A stretch of 32,582 bases of DNA from contig NW_021832690.1 of the NCBI RefSeq assembly GCF_006345805.1, positions 1 to 32,582 of the forward strand. The letters run 5' to 3'. Origin of the DNA: Octopus sinensis (Eukaryota). Shown here piece by piece: positions 12,722 to 23,070 of the stretch. The notes beneath the pieces were generated by a model. That model was not told the origin of the DNA, searched no databases, and was given only the letters and a program-made list of their open reading frames with translations. The translations under genes were made by a program, and so were the position numbers. Numbering within the stretch: position 1 is the stretch's first letter; each line of letters begins with the position of its first letter.

Positions 12722-14123
12722 TATATATATAAATCTGTGTGTGCGTGTAAGACGTGTGAGGCTAGATATATATACATACGCATTTCAAAAATATATGTAT
12801 GAGCGATTGTGTGTGTGTCTGAGTGTATATATGACTCGTGTTGATTTAGTCTTCCTCTTTGCTTTTTTTCCTCCCCTCTTTGTTACTTTTAAAAATTCAA
12901 TTCGTTTCTTTTTAATCTTATCTTCTGGTTCTTTAACCTTAATTGTATTCGATATATTGTTATCGAATTGTTCCGAGAACGACATTTTTGCCGAAGATAA
13001 GAGACAGACAGAAAATTTCTCGTGTCAATATGATGTATTAAAATGTCATTTCACAGTGTTGTAGCTTAGTTTAGCTTAACTCAGCTTAAAATAACAAATG
13101 ATGAGTTGGAGGAGGAGGTGGTTGGGTCGGAGTGGGAATGTTCTTCTCAGGGTTGCTTTCTGCATAAAAAACTTACAGTCAAGTGAATGCTTATGAAAGT
13201 GAGACTCCCCTTTCCCACACCGGCCAAATTAAGTTTTAGTGATTTAAAAACGAAATGTACCTATGGCACAGGCATGGCTGTGTGGTAAGAAGCTTGCTTC
13301 CCAAGCACGTGGTTGTGGTTCAGTCTCAATGTGTGGCATCGAGTGTCTTCTGCTGTAGCCATGGGCCAACCAAAGCCTTGTGAGTGGATGTGATAGATGG
13401 AAGCTGAAGGAAGACTACTGTATATGTATATGTGTATATATGGCCGTTGCCAGCCTCGTCTGGCCCCCGTGCTGGTGGCACGTCAAAAGCACCATCTGAT
13501 CGTGGTCGTTTGCCAGCCTCGTCTGGCACCTGTATAGGTGGCACATAAAAAGCACCCACTACACTCTCGGAGTGGTTGGCGTTAGGAAGGACATCCAGCT
13601 GTAGAAACACTGCCAGGTCAGACTGGGCTTGGCGCAGCCTCCTGGCTTCCCAGACCCCAGTTGAACCGTCCAACCCATGCCAGCATGGAAAACGGACGTT
13701 AAACAATGATGCTGATGATGATGATATCTATGTGTTAGTATTTGTCCTCCATCATTGCTTGACAAAGCCTTGTGAGTGGATGTGATAGATGGAAACTGAA
13801 GGAAGCCTATTGTATATATATATGTGTATATATCTCTGTGTTACTATTTGTCCTCTACCATTGCTTGACAACTGCTCGGTGTGTTTACATTCTGCTGACT
13901 TAGCAGTTCAGTGACAAAGATGATAAAATAAGTACCAGGCTTAAGAAACATGAAGTAGGAGTGGTTGTGTGGTAAGTAGCTTGCTTACCAACCATGTGGT
14001 TCTGGGTTCAGTCCCACTGTGTGGCACCTTGGGCAAGTCTCTTCTACTATAGCCTCAGGCCAACCAAAGCCTTGTGAGTGCATTTGGTAGACGGAAACTG
14101 AAAGAAGCCCGTTGTATATATGC

Positions 14124-14154
<31 letters not shown>

Positions 14155-14155
14155 T
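11283..14155. repeat. Tandem duplication, ~1436 bp period, two copies
   Basis: AAATCTGTGTGTGCGTGTAAGACG at 11295 and 12731. The units differ by only a few 1-bp indels that I could see; each contains SINE A and family C copies. Confidence 0.95.
12007..12290 (+). mobile_element. Repeat family C (LINE-tail-like 3' end with (GAT)n tail)
   Basis: Internal GGTGGCACRTMAAAAGCACC subrepeats, then GGTTGGCGTTAGGAAGGACATCCAGCTGTAGAAAC...CATGGAAAACGGACGTTAAACAATGATG. Duplicated at 13442-13725. Confidence 0.8.
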
Positions 14156-14400
14156 ATATACATATGTATGCATGTATGTGTGTGTGTATATGTTTGTGTG
14201 TCTGTGTTTGTCCCCCCAACATTGCTTGACAACCGATGCTGATGTGTTTACATCTCCATAATTAGCGGTTTGGCAAAAGAGACCAATAAAATAAGTACTA
14301 GGCTTACAAAGAGCAACTCCTGGGGTTGATTTGCTTGACTAAAAGGTGGTGCTCCAGCATGGCCACAGTCAAATGACTGAAACAAGTAAAAGAGTAAAAA
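13955..14400 (+). mobile_element. Full-length SINE family A
   Basis: Same head, CORE-like segment and tail as 6661-7060. Its 5' half also occurs, truncated, at ~12519-12720. Further partial copies lie at ~11829-11995, ~13264-13432, ~14555-14690 and ~18382-18482. Confidence 0.9.
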
Positions 14401-15153
14401 GCATTCTGGGTTGTTCAATTTGATTAAAAATTCTTCAAGGTTGAGCTCCAGCATGGCCACAGTTTAATGACTGAAACAAGTAAAAGATAAAAGAAAACGA
14501 GATATCAAGATTAAAAAAAATACATCATTTGCTTTAATAATTAATCAGGTGTAATCACAGTTGTGTGGTTAAAGTATTTATTTCCTAACCACATGGTTCT
14601 GGGTTCAGTCCCACTGCATGGTATCTTGGGTGAGTGTTTCTTTTATAGTCCTGAGCTGACCAAAGATATGTGAGTGGATTCATGATGGACACCTGTGCAA
14701 AGTGTGGAGTCACCTCTTAATCACCATTGCTACCTGCCCCATTCTGACCTAGTACAGTTGTACCCTGTCAGAGTGCTATCTATGGGTGAAATAAATTTCC
14801 CAAAGGGTCCCTTTATTTTTGGCAAAGCCATAGAGAAGGCACTTCTTCTTGGAGAAAGATACTCTGATGTGAAACTTGCAGCCAAAATAGCACAGTACAT
14901 TTTGAAATATATGTCACTGGGACCTTGTATGGTGACCGAGAGTGTGGCAAAGGTGTTGCGCAGGCTTTTGTCACTTAAATCCAACGATGTACAAATGTTT
15001 CACTATCATTTCATTCTTTGATCCATTTTGTATCTGTCCAGCGATGATGGTTGTTTGGTGTGAAACGTCTTCTGTGCACATGCAGGAAATTATGAAAGTA
15101 TATCAGAATCAGGCCAAATGTGAAATGGCTATCATCTGACAAGATGAGGCAAT

Positions 15154-15154
<1 letters not shown>

Positions 15155-15202
<48 letters not shown>

Positions 15203-15232
15203 TTTATATACATATATATATATAATATATAT

Positions 15233-15266
<34 letters not shown>

Positions 15267-15437
15267 ATATATTTTATATATATATATATATAATATATTT
15301 TATATATATATTATATAATATATTTTATATATATATATATAATATATTTTATATATATATATATATATAATATATTTTATATACATATATATATAATATA
15401 TTCTATATATATATATATATATAATATAAAATATATA

Positions 15438-15477
<40 letters not shown>
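15155..15477. repeat. Almost pure A/T (TA)n tract with AATATATTTTATATATA subunits
   Basis: Directly visible. Confidence 0.95.
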
Positions 15478-15691
15478 CAATAATAAATCTCTGAGCGAAG
15501 TATACACAGTAGCTGCAACACATCGTGAAGTACATTTGCCACTTAAATGTGGCTAACCCTTAAGCGTGAATGCTATTGTAGCTTGTAGCCCCAGGAAGAT
15601 ACCTCTTCCAGCTGGCTATTGACACACTTACTGTGTCCTATCAGTATTTGCAAAGGGAAGTCATCCTTCCCATCTTCAGCCTGACATGATA

Positions 15692-15736
15692 CACATGGAC
15701 CCAGGTTTCTGACTATTGACCCATCATCAGCATGTG
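15692..15736 (-). ncRNA. Type I hammerhead ribozyme motif
   Basis: Minus strand: CACATG-CTGATGA-TGGGTCAATAGTCA-GAAA-CCTGGG-TC^CATGTG. Perfect 6-bp stem I, intact core, GUC triplet, one mismatch in stem II. Confidence 0.8.
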
Positions 15737-15818
15737 ACAAACATCAGTTTTCATCACTGGAAAAAGGATGTATATATTTGCATCGGGATAGCACTTCACA
15801 TCGACAACCGGTGATTGT

Positions 15819-15863
15819 CACACACTGATGACGGGTCAATACTCAGAAACCTGGATCCGTGTG
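15819..15863 (+). ncRNA. Type I hammerhead ribozyme motif (more decayed twin)
   Basis: CACACA-CTGATGA-CGGGTCAATACTCA-GAAA-CCTGGA-TC^CGTGTG. Core intact; one mismatch each in stems I, II and III. Confidence 0.65.
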
Positions 15864-16074
15864 TATCACGTCAGGTTGAAAATGGGAAGGATGACTTCCC
15901 TTTACAAATACTGATAGGGCACAGAAAGTGTGTTAATAGCCAGATGAAGGAGGTGTCCTCCTGGGGTTATAAGCTACGGTAGCATCCACCCTTAAGGATT
16001 AGCCACATTTAAGTGGCAAATGTATATGTATGTAAAAAGCTTTTTTCTGTTTACTCATCTATCTAGGTGAAGGT

Positions 16075-16325
16075 TTGTGGCTTAGTGGTTTGGCTGTTGC
16101 ACTCATCATTACTAGATCGTGAGCTTGGTTCCCTTACTGGGTGGTGTGTTGTGTTCTTGAGCAAAACACTTCATTTTACATTGGTCCAGTCCACCTTCAA
16201 TCGTGAGGTATTGTTGGCCTGCTCTCCTACTTAGTGGGTGGTGTCATTTGAAGGCTAAAACAATGCAAAAAAGTGCATTGTGATCAGCGATATGTAATAT
16301 CATCTGACAGCCTGGTCGGCCACAT
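16075..16325 (+). mobile_element. Decayed tRNA/CORE SINE
   Basis: GTGGCTTAGTGG head, GTGTTGTGTTCTTGAGCAAAACACTTCATTT CORE-like segment, tail shared with 740-840. Confidence 0.7.
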
Positions 16326-17479
16326 GATAAATTGATCCCATCTATATACCTAGCTGTCTGTCTGCTTGCCTGTGTGTGTGTGTTCTTGTGACCTTGCCTG
16401 CCTTAGCAGTGTGTCACTATTTCAAACAAGTGCCATTCACAATCTTTCCATGCAAACATGTACAGCTATGGAGAAATAGGACACTGCTCGGAAACAGGTG
16501 AAGGTTAGTGACAGGAAGAGCATCTCATTGTAGAGGATCTGTCTCAAAGAGTTCTGTCAGAGCCGAACAAGCACAGGCCAGACTGTGTATTGAAACTAAA
16601 ACTATTGCAACATGGAAAACACACATTAACATTTCAAAGATGCACAGAGACTGTTAAATTCACTTAAATGCTTTTTCTTTGATGTTGAGCCAAAATGTTC
16701 CATGCACTGTGACCTGGCCACTAATGCACTGCATCTGGTTTGTGGTGACATTATCGATCTGCATACATAGGTTCCAGAGTTATAAATTCTTACATCTACG
16801 TTGGTAGGTATTCAGCGTGGGTGCTTCACAGTTGGTCGGTTAAATTGGTGTTTGGTTTTATTTGCTAAAGGGTAAATAGCTAAATGTTAATAAAACGAAG
16901 TGGTGACATGATCCATTTGCACAGAGTCTCTCAACTTCACTTAAACCTTATTTTTTTTTTTTTTCATTTGGTGTCAAAATATTCCATGCATTGTGATCTA
17001 GATACTAACTCACTTCATCACAAAGCTGTGATAAGATCTATTTGCTCCCTATAAATTCTACACATTCTTAGAGTGGATAGTGACTGTTCGGCAGGAGTGA
17101 CTTTAAAGGTTGATATACATTAAGATCAAATATTCAACCCTTTTGATCCAAAATCGCCCGAGACAGCTTCTGGTTCTATGATACAAAATCTCTGTTTTGA
17201 TGCATATGCAACCAAAGTTTTATGTAGGTATGATTCTTTCAAGCACCAAATATGAGCAGAGAGTGCTGTCATAAACTTTTTGTCTGGGATACTAAAACAT
17301 TGCTTAAACTGTTAGTTACCAGTCTTGAAATCATAATCGGTTATTTGTTTCTATTTTTTTTATATATGTTCTTTTATATACATTCTTTTTTTGTTTTTTT
17401 TTGTTTCCTTGAGCACAACCATCGGGGATTGAAACCAAGAAATGTGGAGTTCCAATTTGAGAGGTTTTTTTAGTTCCCT

Positions 17480-17532
17480 ATATACATGTGTGTGTATGTA
17501 AATATATAAACACACACACACATATAATGTAA

Positions 17533-17564
<32 letters not shown>

Positions 17565-17570
17565 ATGTAT

Positions 17571-17620
<50 letters not shown>

Positions 17621-18095
17621 ATATATGTTTATATATATGTATGTATGTATGTATATGTTTATATATATGTATGTATGTATGTATATGTTTATATATATGT
17701 ATGTATGTATATGTTTATATATATGTATGTATATGTATATGTTTATATATATGTATGTATATATATATGTTTATATATATATATATGTATCTATATATGT
17801 ATATATGTGTGTTTATATGTATATATATGTATATATATGTATGAGTATGTATATGTGTGTATGTGAATATATATGTATATATATATGTGTGTATATATAT
17901 GTATATATGTGTATATATATATAAAAGTATATGTATATGTATATATATGTATACATATATATATGTGTATGTATGTTTGTGTAATATATTTGCATATACT
18001 CATACACACATTCCCCCCCCCCATCTGCCTGCACACAAACATGTATGTGTGTGTGTGTATGTGTGTGTGTGTGCATGTATGTGCATATATATGTA
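17480..18095. repeat. TA/TATG microsatellite with ~30-bp higher-order units
   Basis: GTTTATATATATGTATGTATGTATGTATAT-type unit repeated several times. Confidence 0.9.
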
Positions 18096-19396
18096 AGCCA
18101 TTTCTAAATTTTCTTTTATGTAGCTAGGGAAATTAAAATATATTCAATTTATGTATGTGAATTTAACTTCTGCACTTTGTCGAAATGCTTCAACATTGCA
18201 ATTACCTGAGACTTAATCAGTTTTGTCTTGCAAGAATACGTTATTATTAAAGTCATTGGTAAACAAACAACATGTGATTACAATGTTTCCAGAGAACTGT
18301 ATTACATGCAAACAACTGCATATATAATATATATATATGTGTGTGTGTGTGTGAATGAATATCTGTGTGTATATATATATATAGGCGCAGGAGTGGCTGT
18401 GTGGTAAGTAGCTTGCTAACCAACCACATGGTTCCGGGTTCAGTTCCACTGCGTGGCATCTTGGGCAAGTGTCTTCTGCTGTGATGATGATCACACGCAA
18501 GTAACAATCGCACACAGGTAAGAAATAATTTAGCAATGATTGAACAACCAGGTGTATCAATTTAATAATGCAACATAGAAATTCAAGTTGCCAAATATCA
18601 CCACCGAGAATCTGGAGAAAACTTTTGATTCACCTTGGTGTACATTCATTCATGGCCTTTTCATTGGAAAAAGCCTCTCCAAAGCAGAACTCTGCACAAG
18701 TGAAATAAAAACATACAAAAGAGAAAGTCAAGGAGAACAAAAAAAATAAAAACTGAAAAGCAAACAGAAAAAATTTGAAAAAATAATCTTTTAAATGTCC
18801 AGCCATATGATCAGAGAAACTAATTAGCTAATTAGTCAATTAATTATGCAATCATAACTAATTCGGTGTAAACAATAAAACCAAGCAATATTATTGCTAA
18901 TCGATCAGAGTCTCAATCAGACTTCGGCTATTGAACCAAGGATGTAAAAAAACAAATCAAATGAATTTCAATTGTAACGCAATTGTAGGTTTTTTTTTAT
19001 AACAGATGTTGTTTACTGTTTGTGTGTGTTGTTGTTTTGCACCAGGTCCAGGTCAATGCAGAGCAAACAAATTTATGCTCAAACAGTGTTCCAGCCATGC
19101 CCTCCTCCTGTGGAGTCTTTTAAAGAGCAACGAGGACAATGTTGTAATGAATGAAAGATAATTAAAACAGTAATAAAAATGAAATTAGAATATACAAACT
19201 GTAAATGAATGAAATAGGAAATAAAAAAATATGAACGGATTAAAAAGTAAATATTACATATAAAATACAAATACAGAAAGTAGGTGAGAAGTAGCTAAGT
19301 GGTTAAGAAGATTGCTTTGTAACCATGTGGTCAGTTTTGGGTTTGGTCCTGCACATTGAGCAGTTGTTTTCCACTCTAGGTCCAGGCTGATCAATA

Positions 19397-19787
19397 CTCT
19401 CTTTTACTTGTTTCAGTCATTTGACTGCGGCCATGCTGGAGCACCGCCTTTAGTCGAGCAAATTGGACCCGGGACTTATACTTTGTAAGCCCAGTACTTA
19501 TTCTATCGGTCTCTTTTGCTGAACCGCTAAGTGACGGGGACGTAAACACTCCAGCATCGGTTGTCAAGCAATGCTAGGGGGACAAACACACAAACATATA
19601 CATACACATACATACATATATATACATATATACGACAGGCTTCTTTCAGTTTCCGTCTACCAAATCCACTCACAAGACATTAGTCGGCCCGAGGCTATAG
19701 CAGAAGACACTTGCCCAAGATGCCACGCAGTGGGACTGAACCCAGAACCATATGGTTGGGAGGCAAGCTACTTACCACAAAGCCACT
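19397..19787 (-). mobile_element. SINE family A, near full length
   Basis: Reverse complement of the 6661-7060 copy. Confidence 0.9.
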
Positions 19788-19854
19788 ATCTTGTGAGTGA
19801 ATTTGTTAAGCATAAACTGTGGCGAAATCTATTGTGTATATGTGTGTCTGTGTG

Positions 19855-20203
19855 AAGGCACAAGGCTCAGTGATTAGTGTGTCAGGGTGACAATCATGAG
19901 ATAGTGAGTTCAATTCCTGAACCAGGCTGTATGTTGTGCTCTTGAGCAAGACACTTTATTTCACGCTGCTCCAGTTCACTCAGCTGTAGAAATGAGTTGC
20001 AACATCACTGGTGCCAAGCTGTATCGGCCCCTTTGCCTTTCCCTGGGACAACATCGGTGGCATGGAGGAGAGGCTATTTTGCATGGACACCAGCTGATCT
20101 TCTATAAATGGCCTTACCTGGACTTGTGCCTCAGAGGGGAACTGTCTAGGTGCAATCCCATGGTCATTCATGATCAAAGGGGGTCTTTACCTTTTACCTT
20201 TAT
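19855..20203 (+). mobile_element. tRNA/CORE SINE family F with (TTTACC)n tail
   Basis: GGCTCAGTGATTAG head, GAGTTCAATTCC B-box, GTTGTGCTCTTGAGCAAGACACTTTATTTCAC CORE-like segment, tail GGGGGTCTTTACCTTTTACCTTT; second copy at 26690-27222. Confidence 0.85.
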
Positions 20204-20452
20204 ATATATATATATAAATATATCAAATAAATTTTGATACAAGAAGATGAAATGAAAAAGCTTTATTAAAAAATCACTACAATTGTTTCAATGCATCTTT
20301 AGCTGCTATTCATTTATGAATATTACATATATACATTATTGCATTAATATGGAAGCACATTTTCTGGTGAGTAGGGCCTAACAGTACTCATCTGAAGATG
20401 TGAATGTGTACAGCTGTTGTTGGATCATATCAATGCAATAATGAGTATAATA

Positions 20453-21017
20453 TTGGGTTGTCCGGAAAGTTCATGCCGATTTTTAAAGGAAAGAAAAAGG
20501 TCAATAAATACTTGCCATTACATTTTTAATCAACCAAATATGAACCATTTTGTTGGACAAAATGTCTCCATCTTTCCTTTAACTAGAAAATACCCTCTTC
20601 CCAGAATTGAGGTGGTTTCATGGCAAAGAATTCATCAGGTATCATTTTACGTCATCCAAGGAATTTAAATTTTTACCATTAAGACTATTCTGCAGATATC
20701 TGAATAAGTGGAAATCCGAAGGAGCAATATCTGGTGAATATGGTGGGTGGGGTAACACATCCCAGCCGAGTTGCAGCAATTTTTGTCTGGTTCCCAAAGC
20801 ATCAAATGCTGAAAATGAACTTTCTTATCTTTCATTTTAAAGGGTTACAGAATTAACGCAGGTTACAGGAAGATAAATCTTCTTCCACGAGAAGATAGCT
20901 TAAACTGTGCTCTAAATGGAGGTGTAGTCAAATCCTATTTTATGGACTCAACCATGTTCTAAAATAAGTCGAAAGGTAAGATACTATAAATTGGCACGAA
21001 CTTTCCGGACAACCCAA
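20453..21017 (-). mobile_element. Internally deleted mariner (565 bp) with intact TIRs
   Basis: TA|TTGGGTTGTCCGGAAAGTTCATGCCGA ... TTGGCACGAACTTTCCGGACAACCCAA|TA. The minus strand joins MKDKKVHFQHLMLWE, out of frame, directly to TRQKLLQLGWDVLPHPPYSPDIAPSDFHLFRYLQNSLNGK. Confidence 0.95.
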
Positions 21018-21104
21018 TATATGTAATGTTATGCAATTAGCGACTGATACTGATACACCAAAATAACTTTAGCAATTTCTAATGAAAGCTTTTCATTTCA
21101 TCTT

Positions 21105-21415
21105 CATCATCATCATCGTTTAACGTCCGTTTTCCGTGCTAGCATGGGTTGGATGGTTCGACCGGGGTCTGGGAAGCCAGGGGCTGCACCAGGCTCCAGT
21201 CTGATCTGGCAGAGTTTCTACAGCTGGATGCCCTTCCTAACGCCAACCACTCTGTGAGTGTAGTGGGTGCTTTTTACGTGCCACCTGCACAGGTGCCAGG
21301 GGGAGTCCGGCATTGGCCACGATCAGTTGGTGCTTTTAACGTGCCACCGGCACGGAAGCCAGCCAAGGCAGCGCTGGCATCGGCCACGTTCGGATGGTGC
21401 TTTTTATGTGCCACA
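21105..21415 (-). mobile_element. Repeat family C
   Basis: Reverse complement of the 12007-12290 layout, starting CATCATCATCATCGTTTAACGTCCGTTTTCC. Confidence 0.85.
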
Positions 21416-21717
21416 GGACCTGTATTAAAATTCTTTTGTATAGACTCTAATTATACTCATAGGTTTCCACCTGTGCATCCAGGAAAGGAAGTCCTACAAA
21501 ATGATAACATCTGGTAGCCAATCCCCGAAGATGAGATTTGGATAGCATGCCATAAGGTTATTACCCAGATATCATTAAGTATATGTGTGTAAGCGTGGGT
21601 TTTTGTGCTTGTGTTTGTTGCCTCCCCACCACCACGACAAATTGACAGCTGTTGTTGGTTTGTTTACATCACCCTAACTGAATTGTTAGATGAAAAGATG
21701 CTGATAGAATACATAAT

Positions 21718-21880
21718 AGGTGCAGGAGTGGCTGTGTGGTAAGTAGCTTGCTTACCAACCACATGGTTCCGGGTTCAGTCCCACTGCATGGCACCTTGGG
21801 CAAGTGTCTTTTACTATAGCCTCGGGCCGACCAAAGCCTTGTGAGTGGATGTGGTAGACAGAAACTGAAAGAAGCCTGTC

Positions 21881-21885
<5 letters not shown>
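21718..21885 (+). mobile_element. SINE family A 5' half
   Basis: Head and CORE-like segment, ending at the internal TA microsatellite. Confidence 0.85.
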
Positions 21886-21916
<31 letters not shown>

Positions 21917-21937
21917 ATATGTATATGTCTATATATA

Positions 21938-22162
21938 CATGAGGGGTACTGAAAAGTTCCTGGCTTTAAGGGCATTATGAAAGGCCTGGTTACAGGCCCA
22001 ACTTTCTGAGTTCTTTTCTTTTACACAGCTTAGAAAAGCTGGAAGGTCACTGCAATAAATATGTGAACCTGGGAGGGGAATATGTTGAATAAAATCATAA
22101 TTAACTGATCCTCCTCTTTTTTCTTTTAACCAAAGCCAGGAACTTTTCAGCATCCCCTTGTG
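21938..22162 (+). mobile_element. Mariner-derived MITE (~225 bp)
   Basis: TA|CATGAGGGGTACTGAAAAGTTCCTGGCTTT ... AAAGCCAGGAACTTTTCAGCATCCCCTTGTG|TA. Interior retains the transposase C-terminus LEKLEGHCNKYVNLGGEYVE*. Confidence 0.9.
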
Positions 22163-22206
22163 TATGTGTGTATATATATATATATATATACATATATATA
22201 TAGCAA

Positions 22207-22251
22207 AAACTGTCCGACGAACGGGAACGTGAAACTCAGAGTAACAGGTTT
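22207..22251 (+). ncRNA. Type I hammerhead motif, U4C core variant
   Basis: AAACTGT-CCGACGA-ACGGGAACGT-GAAA-CTCAGAG-TA^ACAGGTTT. Stems I (TGT/ACA, extended), II (ACG/CGT) and III (CTC/GAG) all pair. Confidence 0.7.
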
Positions 22252-22282
22252 GTTGAATTTTCTGCTGCTTTAAATAAAGTAT

Positions 22283-22343
<61 letters not shown>

Positions 22344-22372
22344 CATACACACACACACACAAGGGGATGCTG

Positions 22373-22561
22373 TGACCGCGTGTGTATAATTGGTGATTTT
22401 TTTCCTCTGTTTTCCCTTCTCTGGATCTTTCCTTCTATGTTTTCGTCGAAGAGCTCCACTCAAAACGTTAAACCCTCCTTCTTCCCTTCCTTCCTGAGCG
22501 TCCAATAATGCTATATTTGTTCCATGTCCTCACGTTGTTGTGTTATCATGTTTGGATTAAC
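22373..22561 (+). mobile_element. PLE-terminal-repeat-like fragment with decayed hammerhead core
   Basis: GTTTT-CGTCGA-AGAGCTCCACTC-AAAA-CGTT-AAAC followed by TTCCTGAGCG; related to the reverse-strand units at 22589-22910. Confidence 0.55.
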
Positions 22562-22588
22562 TTTATATATACATATATATATATATAT

Positions 22589-22910
22589 AACGGGAAGGTT
22601 TACGAAAATAAACAAAAGTTGAAGGCAGGTGGAGTACAAACAAACAATTGTATTAGTATGGCGCTCAGGAATAGAAATAAAACAAGTCTTTTACGTTTCG
22701 AGCCTATGCTCTTTGACAGAAAGATACACAGAAAAGAAACATATATATATATATAACGGGAAGGTTTACGAAAATAAACAAAAGTTGAAGGCAGGTGGAG
22801 TACAAACAAACAATTGTATTAGTATGGCGCTCAGGAATAGAAATAAAACAAGTCTTTTACGTTTCGAGCCTATGCTCTTTGACAGAAAGATACACAGAAA
22901 AGAAACATAT
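22589..22910 (-). repeat. Two exact 166-bp-period tandem copies of a PLE terminal repeat with a hammerhead-like motif
   Basis: AACGGGAAGG at 22589 and 22755. Minus-strand TCTTT-CTGTCAA-A-GAGC-ATAG-GCTC-GAAA-CG-TA^AAAGA at 22687-22724 and 22853-22890. Homologous to 31375-31530. Confidence 0.85.
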
Positions 22911-22916
22911 ATATAT

Positions 22917-23070
22917 ATGATGGCCTTACACATGGCTTTTGTCTACCAAATTCCATCCTAGGGCATTGATTGGTCTGAAAACACTTGACCAAAGTACTAT
23001 GCAGTGGGACAGAACCTGGAACCATGTGGTTACCAAGCGATATTCTGAACCACTCTGCTATGCCTCTGCC
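22917..23070 (-). mobile_element. Decayed SINE family A 5' half
   Basis: GTCTACCAAATTCC...GCAGTGGGACAGAACCTGGAACCATGTGGTT. Confidence 0.7.

Larger units (their letters stand above)
15531..16024. mobile_element. 494-bp palindromic element with ~210-bp inverted arms
   Basis: 15531-15740 (TACATTTGCCACTTAAATGTGGC...GTGACAA) is the diverged reverse complement of 15815-16024 (TTGTCAC...GCCACATTTAAGTGGCAAATGTA); 74-bp spacer. Confidence 0.95.

Noticed and set aside
11179-13064. 149-aa and 141-aa ORFs with identical C-termini
   Set aside because: Product of the 1.44-kb duplication, starting in microsatellite; no recognisable domain or splice structure.
15640-15685. Second CTGAAGA plus GGGAAG/CTTCCC hairpin inside the palindrome arm
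   Set aside because: No GAAA after the hairpin and the core is not kept in the other arm (TTGAAAA).
22589-22910. CRISPR-like or satellite interpretation of the tandem units
   Set aside because: No unique spacers, eukaryotic context, and homology to a PLE terminal repeat.
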